Source of the DNA: Takakia lepidozioides
Lineage: Eukaryota > Plantae > Bryophyta
Direction of reading: 5' to 3'
Assembly (NCBI GenBank): GCA_030704615.1
Contig: CM060734.1
Location: 30,442,001-30,506,000, forward strand
DNA: 64,000 bases
The position numbers were made by a program, and so were the translations under genes. Within the stretch, counting starts at the first letter, position 1, and the number at the start of each line of letters is the position of its first letter. This document shows positions 39,786-53,812 of the stretch, one piece after another. Below the pieces are notes generated by a model. The model was given only the letters and a program-made list of their open reading frames with translations. It had not been told where the DNA came from and made no database searches.

Positions 39786-41333
39786 GGCGTGAACTCGGGC
39801 TACCGCCCCCATTCACACATTCTTAAATGGCAGAAGGCTGTCGACAGCCCGCAATGTTGGACGCGTAACTAGTGTGTGTCGCAATTCCCACTTTGCTCTC
39901 ATTATTGAATCCTCAAAGCCGCCCTGTTTTTGTATAGAGTAAGTCCCCCACCCCAGGGTGTTCCGCGGTGTGAGGGAGGAGACAGGACCCATGGCGTTAA
40001 CCCCAAGTCAATTACACAAAGACCAACTGTAAGTGAGAACCCAACGTTCATCATGCACTAAAAACTATCACCTCCATCATCAAAGAAACTCCGGCTCTTG
40101 GTCAAGCAAGACGGTGTAAAACTCTAGCCAGGGGAACTGGCTCTTACTTATGTTGGCTTTGGCTAGAGTTTTTTGTCTCTTGTCAGGGCACTGCCACAAC
40201 TTTAGCTAAATCGTGGTCCATGGTTAGGAACAATCGTTCATCATCGTTGTCATAATTCCGGCCGGGTCAATATTTTATATTGTGTTGTGCCGCGTTCCAC
40301 CGAAAGTGGAGAGATGGAGCCCTCCATCCGCAAGTAAGATTCCAAGCTCTATAAGTCTTGGTCTTGCTAAGGACCTTGTAGCAAAACTGCTGCAGTTCTA
40401 GCCTTGATCTGGAGTATAAAAACATCTTTTGATGTGCCATGAGGAAATGTGGTACCATTGAACAAGTCTGGAATGTCCTGGGCAAAAGAAAATCTACTGA
40501 TTCTTGATGAAGCAAGGAAGAGAGTAACAGCAAACACATACAAAAAGGCAAGAACAAAGGTTCCAGAATTGAGAAGGCAAAGTTCAAAATTTCTTTTGCT
40601 CTTCCCATGCAAATGTATTCATGCAATGGGAGTGGAAAGTAGAACTGATGTGTACACACAGGGTCATTTGCAGGGGGAAAGAGATGTTTCAAAGGATACA
40701 AGACCCAACTAACATCTTAGACCAGCCATGAAGCAAATTACTCACTAAGAGGCAAGGATGGAAACCCTGAATAGGAGCAAAAACTCTTGTGGAATAATGA
40801 CACCTAGCCAATCTTGGCACAACCTGGTTGAACCCCAGAAAGCCACCGCTGATGTGAAAAAACATATACTAAAACTGCAGCAGAATTTCTGTCCCAATAG
40901 ATGGAGATCGGATTTGGGAGTTTCAAGCCTTCACAGGTGTAAAGCTCTAACCGAGACTTACAAAGCTTAAGAACAAGGGGGCAGTGTTACTGCGCCAAAG
41001 GTGATCGGAAGATGCATCAACGTACCACCTTCTGTGCATGTGACGTGGTAGCTTCTGATGTGTCAATCCACTTCAGAGGCTGCGAAAACAGAGGCCTCCC
41101 AGCAAAACAGATATACTGCCTACAAGATGCCACCGGTGTATAGAAGGAATCCCACAAAGGATTTGGGGCAAAGCATGAGAGCCTTTCCCTTACCAAAGAC
41201 AACTAGTATGCACAGTTGGTTCGCTTGGAAACCCAGTAGCTCACAATCAAAGGAAAAACTGCTTAAGCACTAGATGTGTCCTCTGTATTTTGTATGAGTC
41301 AAACCCCGAGTTACTTGTAGGGAAACCAACTAA

Positions 41334-44300
41334 CTACAAGTCCAACTCTTTCAGAGAGCCCACAGACAAGCGTTGCCAATATCTCCGGCCATTTTGATTC
41401 CTCCCCTCCACCTGCTCTCTTCTGCTCCTGAAGAACCCTTGGGCTGCAAAACCTAAGCCTAAAAACGAGGGAGGATCAAAGCCTTGCAGCCTGGCTACAA
41501 TACCCCCTGGTGCTGCACTGATCATGCCATCCCAGTCCTCATCCAAGTCCAAACTCTCTGTCATTCCTGCCTCCAAGGTCTTTTGTTCAGTCAAATCTGC
41601 CTCTGATAATGCTTCAGTGTCTGTGTCTCTTTCTGCACCATAACACTATGGCAAGTGAAAAAGAAGCGGCATGTGGTAAATAGGCAAAGAAAAAATGTGA
41701 TAACTTGATGAAAAATAGAAGCCATTGTAACTACAGGAACAACTAGCTTCCATAGGAGCAAATGTTAAAAATTTGAACCCATTTCTCAGCCAAGTCAAGC
41801 TGCCTTTGCAAACTTACCAAGTAACAGAGCTTCGCTTTCCACAGCTGCCAGCTCACTATTGTCCACTTTGTGTTGGCCCATGGGTGCAATGGTTAACATG
41901 CAAGGCCTCCTCTCCTCCATGGTGGCATCGTCCTCTAGCAAAACCCCTTGGCCTTCCCAGTCAACGTACTGCAGTAGTCTCTGTGCTCTCTTAACTGCAT
42001 ACGGTCTCACCTCTACCTCTCCCTGAAGGCTTTGCTTCAACACTAGCTGATCAAGCTCCTCCTTTAGTCCCTGCATCTTTTGCCCAACTCGCAAGGCTAT
42101 GGCATCATAGAGAGCTGTCTTTGAAAACCCCACTTCCACGTGCTGTTTCACAAGATCATCTAGCTCAATGGGATCCCCAACAAGCACTGTAACCTGGATC
42201 ACCATGCAACAGTTAAAAGACAAGAGCAGTACTGACACTCATGTATATTTAAACCCGAATTTCTCTGCAAGATGCAAATTCAGCACAGATATTTGATAGA
42301 CCCCAGCAAAACCCATATATCAACGACAGAGCCCAGTATACTCTGAACCCACATGTGAGAGGTAACCAGAGATAAAATGAGGTATCCACATTTAAGGTAA
42401 TGAAGAGCTGTCAAAGATGGAAACAAACGCAGCAAGATAAAACATGAAAGGTAAGTCACACAAGTTTTAAAAAGAAATGAGGAAGGAAACCAGAAAGGAA
42501 GCAGTCTTGTAACTTAGAAAGTCTATCTGACTATATCATGTGTGATATTGACCAGCTGTTGTTACTCCCAACTGACTTCATCCCCACTGACTTCATCAGT
42601 TCCCGACAGATGGGGAGACGTACAAACACGACAAGTCCAGCACAGATTCCAGTTTCAGACTGTATTACCAGAAGAGCATCATCCCAGACCTACAACTGGT
42701 ACAACTAAAGTCAACAACCCAAACCATTGCATGAAAATAAGACCCCTTTCATGGGAGCAGGAATCCATTTCCTAAATAGGCTCACCTTTTTGCATATGGA
42801 AGGAATCTTGCTGCCAATAGGCATCAATTCCTGCATGCCTGAATGCACAAAGGGAATCACCAATGGCGTTTTATCCACGTCCAAGACCAGCCTGCAAAAG
42901 GAAAACTGTCTGTCGTGACGAAAAAGTCTAGTAACCGGGGGGCAGGGGAAGTATCAGCCCATTATTTAGAAACACATCTCCTTGGCACAAAGCTCAATCT
43001 GAAGAGAATTTTCAATGTCCAACAAGGGGCTTGCTTGTAACTACATGAGCAAAAGGACACGAACCTGCCAACACCCCGCTTCACAGGGCCAATCGTTCTG
43101 CCACCATCCCGCGATCGGCTACCCTCAGGAAAGATGTGCACCCAGTCCCCCTTCTCCAGTTTTGACAATGCTATGTCTAAGCCCTGCATGTGACCTCCAC
43201 ACATGTCAATCCTCATTTGAGTCAAAATCCATCACTGAGTCATCCACCCTGTAAGATTTTGGGGAATGACAAAAGTCACTAAGAAAATCAATAAGCAAGA
43301 TTGTGTTGAGTGCACATTCCCTTTCAATTCAGTGCTCAATGTTGGCCATTGTGTACATAGAAAACAGTCCTCTTGCTGAGCTAGAGTCGAGTAGCCATTG
43401 CAGGCTCAATTGGACGCAATACCTACAAATGTTGCTCTTGTATCCAACACCCTCACACAAACCACACGCAGGCATTGGGATTGTATGTCAGCACGGAGGC
43501 AGACAGACACAGACACAGCATTTACCTCTTGTTGAAGCCCAGCCCCGCGCTTTAGTGGCAACACCTTAACAGAGTTGAAAAAAGCTGAGAAGGCAGCGTT
43601 GGTGAAGCAACGATCAGTGGCACAAAGCGTCCAGCGAAGACTGCCTGCTTGCAGCAACATCCTGGGGGGTAGAAGTGCCGCCATTACCAGCGGATCATCC
43701 ATCGAAGCCACGTGATTACAAACCTGTCATTTTAAACCACAACTTGAGCAACTACTCCATTGACAAAACATCCAAACACTGACCTGTCTTCTTTAAGGCA
43801 AAAGGTTCCTAACATGTAAGTATTCGTATAACAGCAGAATTACACAAATAGAGATCCTCCCGGCTGGTAAAGCAGCACATGAAACTCTGATGAAGATGGT
43901 GGAAAATCCAATACTGACCGTAATCAGTGACTGGCCATTAGGTCGGTGTAAAATGGCCTCCTCAAGCTTATCAGCTCCATATACCTGTATTGCCACTTCT
44001 AATGACCAAGTCAGCTTTACTGGCTAACATCTTTCGGATGCATGGTAAGCACATTAAAAAAACCCTACACCAAAGGGAAGCAAGACAGGTACCCCTCAAG
44101 AAAACTTCCTCACATATCTGAGAATATCCAAGAGACCCTCATCTCCAAAGTCAGAAATCTGTTGAAAACAATAATCAGGGACAATATTTTCCTCATCATG
44201 AAACATACACTCAAGACTTCATAGCACTACATAGACACCACCAAAAGTCAGGGGCATTATAACCTTGCTGACACCTAGCACAAAGTCATCCTTAAGCAAA

Positions 44301-45354
44301 TAAATGAGTCCCAGAGCAAGTCGCTGGGTGGTCAGCAACAGTCTCCAAGTCTTCAAGTCCCCAATGTGCTTATTGATAATTCACGACAGTATATCATTTC
44401 AACTGCCCCTTACAAGCTTTTACATGACTGAAACAAAGAAAATACTGGTGTGAAGAACAACCATAGACAAAACCTAACTTCACCCCCTATTTTATTTCAT
44501 ACATCCAACATCAAAAGATGAACGCACAAAACAAATGCTTTTGCTATCTCAGATCAGGAGAAGATACAAGAAAGACAACCATACCTCAGTGATGTTGAGT
44601 CCATGCATAAAGGCATGGCAAGCATTTGCCACAGTAGGTAGCACCACTGCCTGCAGCAATCGGGAAACTACAGAATCTTCGCTGGCTTGTGCAATTGCCT
44701 TATCTGTGGACGATGTAAAAAAAGAAGGCATCAGTCATGAAAGAAGGTACAAATGCCTTAGGTCTCAATCAGTGCAGCACCACAGCGTAGTTACACACCT
44801 TCATAATATATTAATTTTTCGCTCCGCGCCTTGTGCCTGAGAGAAGATGCATCCTCTGACCCTGAGCCATAAGAGGATCCCACTGGTGGTGGCAACATAA
44901 GGGCTTCGGCCTGAGCAGGCTCCTCTGTACAGGCCAAAGTTTTTCCAGCAGCAGACAATCCAAGTAATGACCAGAACTTGGGAGCGATTGAAGTTGGCAC
45001 AACAGAACTTGGCTTCAGCGAGGAGATCCAAACTACTCGCTTCTGCCACTCTTGCTTTGCCATACTGCGGGCAACCCTAGCTAGCACAATGTTGCCTTGG
45101 AAAACGCGGGCAACGACAAGGCCTGTCGCCGTTGCCCGCCAGACTCGACTTCCACCAACTCCAACAGCTCCGGGCCTCTGTGATTTTTGTCTCAATAATC
45201 TGTGGGAGGCAATGGCAACCCGGAACCGATCCTTAATACGGTCCTGTATGGTCCGCATGTTGGCACCCCACTGAGAGGTTGCCTCTCCCTCCCATCTTGG
45301 GAAGAGTTGCTGTCGCTGCTTCTTGGACTCCATGTCACTGGAAGTTGCATTCAT
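41334..45354 (-). CDS. TAZ: Tafazzin-like phospholipid acyltransferase (At3g05510-like), about 8 exons
   Basis: N-terminal IKDRFRVAI motif. Exons NACHAFMHGLNITE / LITVCNHVASMDDP (HxxxxD) / RWTLCATDRCF / DWVHIFPEGSRSRDGG / PLVIPFVHSGMQELMPIG / VTVLVGDPIELDDL / FLGLGFAAQG. Confidence 0.9.
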
Positions 45355-46479
45355 GCACAGGTACTCTTGGGTCTAAGCGGCTATCTGGCTGTCCTGGCAC
45401 TTTTACCAATTTGTTTATCCCCTCCTCTCAGGTTCTTGATCTGTATCCACTCTCGCTGCTCAACCCCCAAAATCATTCATCTTTAACTGTTTCCTTTACA
45501 TTCAGAAGAGAAAACACCTAATAAAACTCCATAGCCACAAGCTCAACCACTGCACATGAGCACTTGCATACCCTAATTGTTCCACATCCCAATTTCCGTC
45601 CCGCTTGCAACCTTTCCGCTGTGATGGAGCTCCAGCACAAAAACTGCTATACTTATATCGTGCTCTTCCACAGCGCGTTCAGATCAGATATTCAAATAAT
45701 CGTCTCACTTTCCCGCTCTCTTCGCAGCATTTCCCGACTCGCACTCAGAAAAGCGAGATGCTGCACACCTTAAAAAACAGGACAAGAAAAAATCTCCCGT
45801 ATACCACTCCGATCGACCTTCTAACCTTTGCAGATCCGACTCAAGAAGCAAACATACTGCAGCGAGAAAGATCCCCTTCTTCCATCTGTGCGCACTCTCA
45901 TGGCTGCAAGGAAAGCTCAGGGAGCCATTAGGGCTGACGTGTCAGCTCCGTTGAGCAAGTCCCCGCTGCGGGAAGCTTCTTCTTCGTCCTTCGTTTGCCG
46001 CCACATTCAGCTCACGTTCATCCAATAGTGACTCCGGATGAATGACGGAACGCCCTGGCTATGTTCATCCATTAGCCTGCTCGCCCATCCATCTGCCACG
46101 ATGAATGACAAAGGGATTGCATCGTGTTCATCCATCTCCCCCACGCACATCGTCTCCTTCCTGGCAGCAGATGGCAAGCTGCTGTGGAGCGTCCCTGATG
46201 GCAATGCTGGCCCCAGGACTTTGGCAGCGATAGCTATGCCTCCCGGGGTGCCCAAGAATGGCACAGCCTGTAAAGTATTTTCGAGCTATCTCTGGTGTCG
46301 GCCTATTCTAGAGTTAGGAAGAAGTTTTCCCTGATGAGGAGGCCTTTCTTTCAACTATCGAGGAGCCTTGAGATATGTATTTGTGAGTTCAAGTGTTATT
46401 GGTGGTAGTAATGGTTTTGACTTTTGACCCTTGCAGAATGGCAGGGTTGAACTGGTCAGACTGGTGGCAAGGGTGAACT

Positions 46480-46933
46480 CAGGGGTGATTTTGGGACACA
46501 TTGTGTGTAAGAGGGGACTTCTTGTGGATCCCAGAAAACAGAGGCCATTAAAGCCTCTCCACCACCAGTAAATATTAAGAGTATAAGGAGATTCCTTGGA
46601 CAAACAAGTTATTACAAAAGATTTGTCAGACGGTATGCACAGATAGCAGCACCATTGAGCAAGCTTCTGAAGAAAGATGCAGTGTTTGCATGGACAGCTG
46701 AATGTCACCCGGCTTTTGAGGAACTTACATTGTCAGTAACAACTACACCTGTGCTAATTGACCCTCACTGGCATGTAGTATTTCATGTTCACTGTGATGC
46801 CTCAGGAGAAGCGTTGGGAGCAGTGTTAGCCCAAAATGTTACAGGAAACATAGATTCACCTGTGTACTATGCTAGCAGGTTGATGAACAATGCTGAAAGG
46901 AACTATAGCACAACTGAAAGAGAAGAAACATAA
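46480..46933 (+). pseudogene. Isolated Ty3/gypsy RT-RNase H relic
   Basis: ILGHIVC...VDP, FLGQTSYYKRFV, FAWTAECHPAFEEL, FHVHCDASGEALGAVLAQ, VYYASRLMNNAERNYSTTERE; no LTRs seen. Confidence 0.85.
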
Positions 46934-47851
46934 GAAGTGTGTAAGTGTATTAAGCAAACCGAAGATGGTGATGATCACCGTGCAAAGATGAGCTCCTAAT
47001 GGCGGGAGTGATTGCGTCAATGATGTTACTGCAGAGGGGTCAACATATAAGTGCTGGCTGGACAACAGACTGGACAAATCAACTTACCTCCTCCAGCACC
47101 CATAGAAGTAAAGAACCTCTTAAGTGCTGGCTGGAAAAACAGAATGAACAAATCAACTTTCCTCCTCCAGGTGCAGTCTACAAACTTTAAACTGAGGCTG
47201 GCCAAGCACCAGAGCCAGGATGGCCAACATCAATAGTAGAGAAGAGCCAAAACACTTGCCCAAACAAAGCTTTCACCACACGCAATCTGAAAAATCTCAC
47301 ATGTCATATCGACCCAAACACAAGTTTATTTATGATCATTGATACCAGTCGTTTCTTGATGCCAATCACAATGCACTTCACTACTTTGGGTTCACACAAA
47401 CCGCTGCTCATACCATATTACTCCAACTTTTTTTGGAGGGTTCCACATCAAAAAGTGTGACATGAGTAAGAATGTTACATCAAAATGAGGACCCTCCCTC
47501 CAGATACTGTAGTACTCATTTGTTTCCCATTTTCAGCTGCAATCTTTTGCTGGAGTCATTGTTAGAAGCTGCCTAACTGATTAGAAGTCTCACCAGCTAT
47601 GATGAAAGGTAATAACTTGAAAAGGTTCTCCACCTCCTCCACATGCAGCGGAGAAAAACCTGACAGCTGACTCCAGAGAAGTTTCCACAAATAAGTACAA
47701 CTTCCATGCTCAGTTGCAGGCCCACTGTAATCAATTTCGAGCCACTGATTAATCACAGGTTAACCAACAGCAGCAAACCTCCTCAGCCTGACACCGGGAA
47801 AAATGAGTCCAAGAAAAAGTTGAATTCAGTAAAATCCATCCAACAACTTTC

Positions 47852-50189
47852 CTAGTGTGACCACATGACTTTGGAGTATGGTAGCTCCCACGATGGTGCA
47901 CCAAAACTTGCGATTGGGCTCCCAAACTGAGCCCCTGGTTGCCCCTCACCCCCAGCTCCATCTATGACCTCATCCACAATATCCATAGCTTCCCCATCCT
48001 GTGCCATTTCTTCTGCGTCGTCCTGTACACCTGGCGCTGTTGCCATTGCACTAGGTTTCATTGCTGGCACACCATTGAAAGGTGGAATTGGGAAGGTTGG
48101 TGGGGCCCATGGTACAAGAGCCCATTGCTTAATCGACTGTGGATCACTCTCCTCTTCCATTGCCATATCATCCCTAGAAGAGAGCAGACAAGGCAAGGAG
48201 GAGCAAGATGAAACTCTGTGTAGCCGCCTTGGACCCAAAAACAATGTCGGTCCACCTGAAAGATCAAGTGCTGCATGCAAACAACCACCCACCATTACAA
48301 GCAATTTCACAACGTGCCCTTCCAAAGCTCCATCCCTTTCTTTGACCCACTCTCTTCTCTGACGAGGCTTTCAAACTAAAACTGTAAAAGTGGAGGGTCA
48401 TCAAACCATGAAAGAGATGGAGAAGCTCTGCCAAATGTAACTGTTTGTCCAAAAACACGCTCCTATAACATTAATGGAAGAGGCTGAGACACAATATTTG
48501 TCGTCCCATTATACAATTTGCCCATTGCAAGACATAAGGGTGAACCTTTGAACTACAGAATATTTTGGCATAAAAAAATTCTGCAGACGCTCATGGCACC
48601 AACTGTAAAACAAGAAAAAAGTATTTCTTCCACTGGGGGGGGGAACTGAGCAGCAGCAGCAAAAACTTGCTCTTGCCACTCGGGGGGGGGGGGGGACATA
48701 GAGCAGCTAGTAATCTGAGATGGGTGCGAAAGGTGGCCTAACATCATCTGGACTAGCCCGGTTAGAGCTCAGTGCAAAATACAACCAAATTCTCTTCTGC
48801 AATGATCCTACCGAATCAATATGAACTCTAGAAAAGATCCTCACTCAAAAGACTTCCCTCTCCCTCATTATTTTCCCCCACTATTGAGCTGTGACTCTGC
48901 CTCTGTCCGTGTAGCCATCACATCATACGTTACAGTCCACACAGACGAAGGTGGACACGGCCAAAGGACATGGGTAAGGCCCTAGCCAAGCCAGAGTCCT
49001 CTCCCCAAGGCTGGTAAGCTACCATTGGCTACCAACTAGAAAGTGAAATGGGCTACCTTCAAAAAGGCCAGTCCCAGACAGTGATTCGGGAGAAGAATTA
49101 GAGAAAGCAGAAGAAGAGTGGCCTGCATCGTTACTAAAGATGCCATTGTTGTCAGTACCCTTGCATGCAGCCAGGAACCCAGCTGTGTTCACTCTGATTG
49201 GTAGTTCTGGTGATCCTGGTGGTGGCCCACCCGGAAATATGGGGGGATTTATGGGCCTGTATACCACAAGTGCTTTGTCATCTGTTCCCTCGACAACAGG
49301 TGGTGGCAGTATCAGAGTTGGGTCTGTAGCTGATGGAGCGGGCGGTGGTGTTTCTTTCGGAGCTCCAAAAACTGGTGGGTTCCAGATGTCTGTTGGGACC
49401 CGACCACCCTGAAGACAAGGAAAAAGTACCGGTGTTAGGTAGATTGACAAGCTGTTTCAATGCTACACACTGGGAGGTTACATCATACAGTGATAGAAAT
49501 TAGTGCTGTAGCTCACAGGTGCCCCATTCAAGAAAGGATGAATAAAGTAACTCCCTATCTACCGCAGGGTTCCAGCCTGTAGCATTCACTGGAAGGGAAG
49601 TGCCTGAAATCCAGGCCAAAAGCGTCAAACAGCACCCACATAGTCTACAGCTGTGGTATGTGACACTGGAATAGCCAAAACATACTCCTCGGCAAATGAA
49701 CCCCTCGGCAGGCACCAAGAGAACCCAGCCAGTCCATCCTGATACACTGCAACCCAGAACTTCCACTCAACACAGAAAATATGCAATATTGCCAAGGAGA
49801 TAAAGACGATAACACTCCCTCGCGAGGTAAGCTAATAGGCACCAAGTGTGCAGAACATTGCTTTCAACGTCAATTTTTAAGCAGGGGAAGTCACGACCAC
49901 AGGAAATTGGCCAACATGTGTCCTCATAGGGTTTGCTACAGGAGCTCACAGACAGAATATAAGTTCTCTTGCCCAAGAGATCAAGTGGTTCAGCAAGAGT
50001 CCTGACTAGCCCATAACTGTAGTACTGCTGCAGCTAGCTAAAGAAAGTTCACATGCTTTTCAGCGTAGCTTTCAAACGACATACCGCGAGTCGAACCCGC
50101 TTGGAAGGCGACAAGCTCACATCGCTGAGCAGATCCAGCACGAGTTCATCAGATTCTTTGCGCTTGGCATGCAACGCCCGCGCGTTCAT
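47852..50189 (-). CDS. Conserved uncharacterised plant protein (multi-exon; exon structure only partly resolved)
   Basis: First exon MNARALHAKRKESDELVLDLLSD|gtgag; middle exon DDKALVVYRP (about 49150-49410); last exon QWALVPWAPP...EAMDI...KVMWSH*. These resemble the KRK / ALVLYKP / ALVPW motifs of a plant family I recall being labelled DBH-like monooxygenase. Confidence 0.6.
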
Positions 50190-50648
50190 ATCGCCCGCTT
50201 CCCCCTTCCCTTCTCACTGCAAACCCTCCCTCTTGGACGCCTCACGGCCTGCCATCACAGCGCACGATTGCGCAGGTATCACAACGCCAAAACTTGGCAA
50301 AATCCCGCCACACATTTCCCAAAGCGCTTCCGATTCACAGGACCTCGCTTCCGGGAACGTGCAAAGAGGCAGCAGGACAGCAGAGCGCAGGCAGCAGCGT
50401 TGCTGCAAGCTCCGCTGCGATGCCGTCGTCTCGCTCCCCCTCCGCTCACCTCCCACAGATTCTGGAATCTACAACGTTCATCGGACGGATGAGACTCGCT
50501 ACTTCCATCCAAATATCGTACTATACGAGAATGTGAAACGTGTCGCATTCATGCTCGTTGGAAGGTGGAGAGTGGTCCTACGTGGCAGTACTACGGTTCT
50601 CATTCGTCATCATTCCCACAGCCCGATGACCGTACCCATACGTGTCAT

Positions 50649-50675
50649 GTGACGTGGCCACGTTTGCCACGTCAC
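50649..50675. promoter_or_regulatory. Inverted pair of ABRE/G-box-like motifs upstream of the 47.9-50.2 kb gene
   Basis: gtgacgtggc-cacgttt-gccacgtcac; ACGTGGC on both strands, about 460 bp upstream of the predicted ATG. Confidence 0.35.
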
Positions 50676-50923
50676 GATCCAGATCTGCTACCCTGGATGG
50701 TACCTAGAAATCCAAACTCCTGATTAGAGTCCTTGCTACAAAGGGATATGCAAAATAATTGGACTAAAAACGTGGTTGAACAAGTTGGGGTGCGGCAGGC
50801 AATACTCTTGTGTGGGCATCCCGTGGTCCTCTGATATGCTGCTGATCCAAACCTCATGTCCCCTACACCATCGTAGCCTCTGTGTCCTGGCCCTGAACTC
50901 TCTCAACAGTCTTCGAGGTCTTT

Positions 50924-52048
50924 ATTTGGGTATTCTCTTGTTGATCTTGAGAAAATTGTCGGATGGGTTGCGGAGCAGAGTTTAGAATGAAATCAAATCC
51001 GGTAGCAAGTTAATTTTGCGTATAAAATTCAGAGATAGACGTCAATCAATATAGACATCTGGATTTACTAGTTCATAGGGCATTGGAATGTACACATCCT
51101 GATTCTCAACCGACTCTTTGAAGCGGTCAGTGTACCACGTTCAGATCCAGCGGCTCTCCTGTAGAGGGCTGGTCCTCAAAATAGCGTAGACCTCGTTTGT
51201 AAACGTCGTGGAAGAAAATCTCCTTCACTTCTGAATATTATAGCAGCGTTGAAGCGCCTACCTGCTGTTACACATCTTTTCACTTATGTCTATGTTCAGA
51301 TTTCATTCGCTCATCTCGGTTTCCATCGGCATTAGCATCGTGCACCATAGAGCCACGCACCTGCGCAAGTTCATCCCATTCCACAGAAACATACCCGATG
51401 CGTAGAATTTATTTGATTTCAACATTGCCAACAAGCAGCCTAAGAATTACCTGTTAGCTGCTTTCCGGAACGCTGGTGAAGGTGATAGATGAAAGCCCTC
51501 TCAAAAACATTAGAGGGTGTTAGACATACCCGATTTTTCAGCTCCACGCTACCGAATAATGCGTACATTTCTTTGCCCTCTTCCATGTCTTGGGCTGTAA
51601 CGTTGTGACCGAAGAATTTGAAATGTGGCTGACCAAGATCCTTTAGACAGTAGCCCAACATACCTTTCCACATATGCAGGCGGACCTGCTGTAATTTTTT
51701 TCACATGACAGTGTGCCCCGGCGGTGGGCAAAGATCCCATCCTAGGTAAGCTTTTATAAGTTTGTTCACTTGGATGATGCTCGTAGTTACAATCCTAATG
51801 ACCATCTGAAAATGCAAGTGGGACATGGTACCGCCGCGTTCCACCGCAAAAAAGTCGGCAAGGCATTTTTCTTCAACAAACTTTTTTAACAATTGAAAGA
51901 GATCAAGTTGCACGTCGGATCCTCCTACGCCTATAGTACATGAGACCTCAAATAGTTTTGATGCACCTTTCTCTGTCGCCGGAAGTTTTTTCGGGCGGCC
52001 CCTTCCTCTCTTTTTGCACTGTTCTGCTTCTGCTTTGATTACTTCCAT
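50924..52048 (-). mobile_element. Replitron (HUH endonuclease transposon), copy 1, pseudogenised
   Basis: AT-hook KRGRGRPKK; FEVSCTIG; ERGGTMSHLHFQ (HUH); GMLGYCLKD (YxxK); C-terminal LLAMLKSNKFY...ALWCTMLMP. No helicase. TGA at 51701-51703, frameshift at about 51445 and an insert of about 85 bp at about 51230. Confidence 0.8.
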
Positions 52049-53812
52049 CTTCGCCAATACTGCCTATCCGTGTACCGTCAGCTACACTCCCTGGTCTGGT
52101 ACAGTGCTCCTCCTACACCATGTCGTATGCAGCCCGCGCTAGAATGGTAAGCGGCTAGGCAGATGCGTTTCAGCGGACCTTTGTAGAAGGTTTTGGACTT
52201 TAGAAGTTTCCAAAATTATGTGCCCATATTGCGACACGTGGTGGCCAAGTGGGCCCCATGCCATTCACCACTTGGGCTAGAATGCACACTGCCACTTTTA
52301 GTTGGACAGCCGCTTAAGCATGGGCTGGCCTCTAGCTGATTTGATTTTTCGGGTGTTTGGGGCAGATATTTGTCTTCTGAAGAGATATCAGTTTATGCAC
52401 AAACACGGGCTCTAGTAGTACTGAGAGCATGGGGGGCATGGCGAGCTTCTGAATGAGGGCAAATGGAACCCTCCAAGAGAGAGACTGCCGCACACCATGA
52501 TGTATATATCCTTTCCGCTTACGTAGCTAACAAACAAAATGGTGGGTTTTGTATGTGAGGATGTGTCAGCCTCGGAGGGCTTCCTAGATGCGGGTCCTTC
52601 AGAAGAGGGGAACTTTCCGTGGGGGATATATCCTCACGTGCTTCTTTACATGCTCACGCACAACGCCGGATCCGACCCAGCACTCGGGCTGCCGCGTTCT
52701 GACGTTCTAGTCCTAACTACAAACTAGAGAGTCATGTCCGCACGGACCTAAAAACATATAACATCAATTTAGTTCTGGAAGAAAAATGAATACGTGCAAG
52801 TCTGAAATGTCGTTTAACTCATTCACTCCTTCGCTCAGCCATTATTTTTTTCATTTTCACGAGCGGCCACCCGTAGCTGATGCGGTTTTTCAGACATCGT
52901 GAATTAACCCAGTGGTAGCGGGTTAAATGTGCCTTACGGTCTGATCTCTGTTCGATTCTTGACCGACTCACAAATGCTACGGTTGTGCAGTCATTCACCG
53001 TGGCATTGGCTACAATTTTTCCTTCTAAAATCTCGTCGGCTAAAATTGCATATTTCTAGACATGAAAAGGTACACGCGCACACACATGATTGCCATATCG
53101 GATGGCAGGTGGCTAACATGATGTTGATGCTTATGTACATACACGATGTGAGCGGGCTGCCCCTGGGAAAGTTTAGCTCACAGGACGAGAGCTGGGTAGT
53201 TAATAACTTACGTACGTAGTCCAAGTACGTACATCCCTTCTGAATATCTCAATGTCACTCAAGCAACAAACAGAGCAGAAACGAGTCCAGGGAGAGACGG
53301 AGATGCTGGTTGTGCCATTTGCGCTGTCAAAACTCCAGTTGCAAGGTATTCATTCCACGTATCTTACAAAAAGGAAGTTGTGTGAACTACAATCAGAGAT
53401 CAAACTAGGAATTACTAGCTCACCATCGAAGCTAGAAATTGTGAGGAGGACCTTGGGTCAAAAGCAATCCAAACCACTTCTTGCAGATAACTTGATGCTT
53501 TGAGAATTTGTCATCTGGGGAGAAGCGTGCTGCAAATCCCCACCCAAAGTCTAGAGGTTTATATTTGTATAGAAATTGACAACATCTCTCAATATGTAAC
53601 AAGGCTGCATGGGAAGAGTAAAGAAAATTTTGAACTATGCCTTCTTCATTTTGGGATCTTTGTTCTTGCTGCCTTTTTGTATGTGTTTACTGTTAATCTC
53701 TTCCCTGCTTCATCGAGAATAGTTGCTTCTTAGAATCAGTAGATTTCCTTTTGCCCATGACATTCCAGACTTGTTCAATGGTACCACATTTCCCCATGGC
53801 ACATCAAAAGTT

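Noticed and set aside
47048-47170. Two copies of a roughly 50-bp unit (taagtgctggctgga...cctcctccag)
   Set aside because: Ordinary local duplication beside a gypsy relic.
50053-50652. 199-aa plus-strand ORF and similar overlapping ORFs
   Set aside because: Antisense shadows of GC-rich first-exon or UTR sequence with no recognisable domain; the same applies to ORFs antisense to the retroelement genes.
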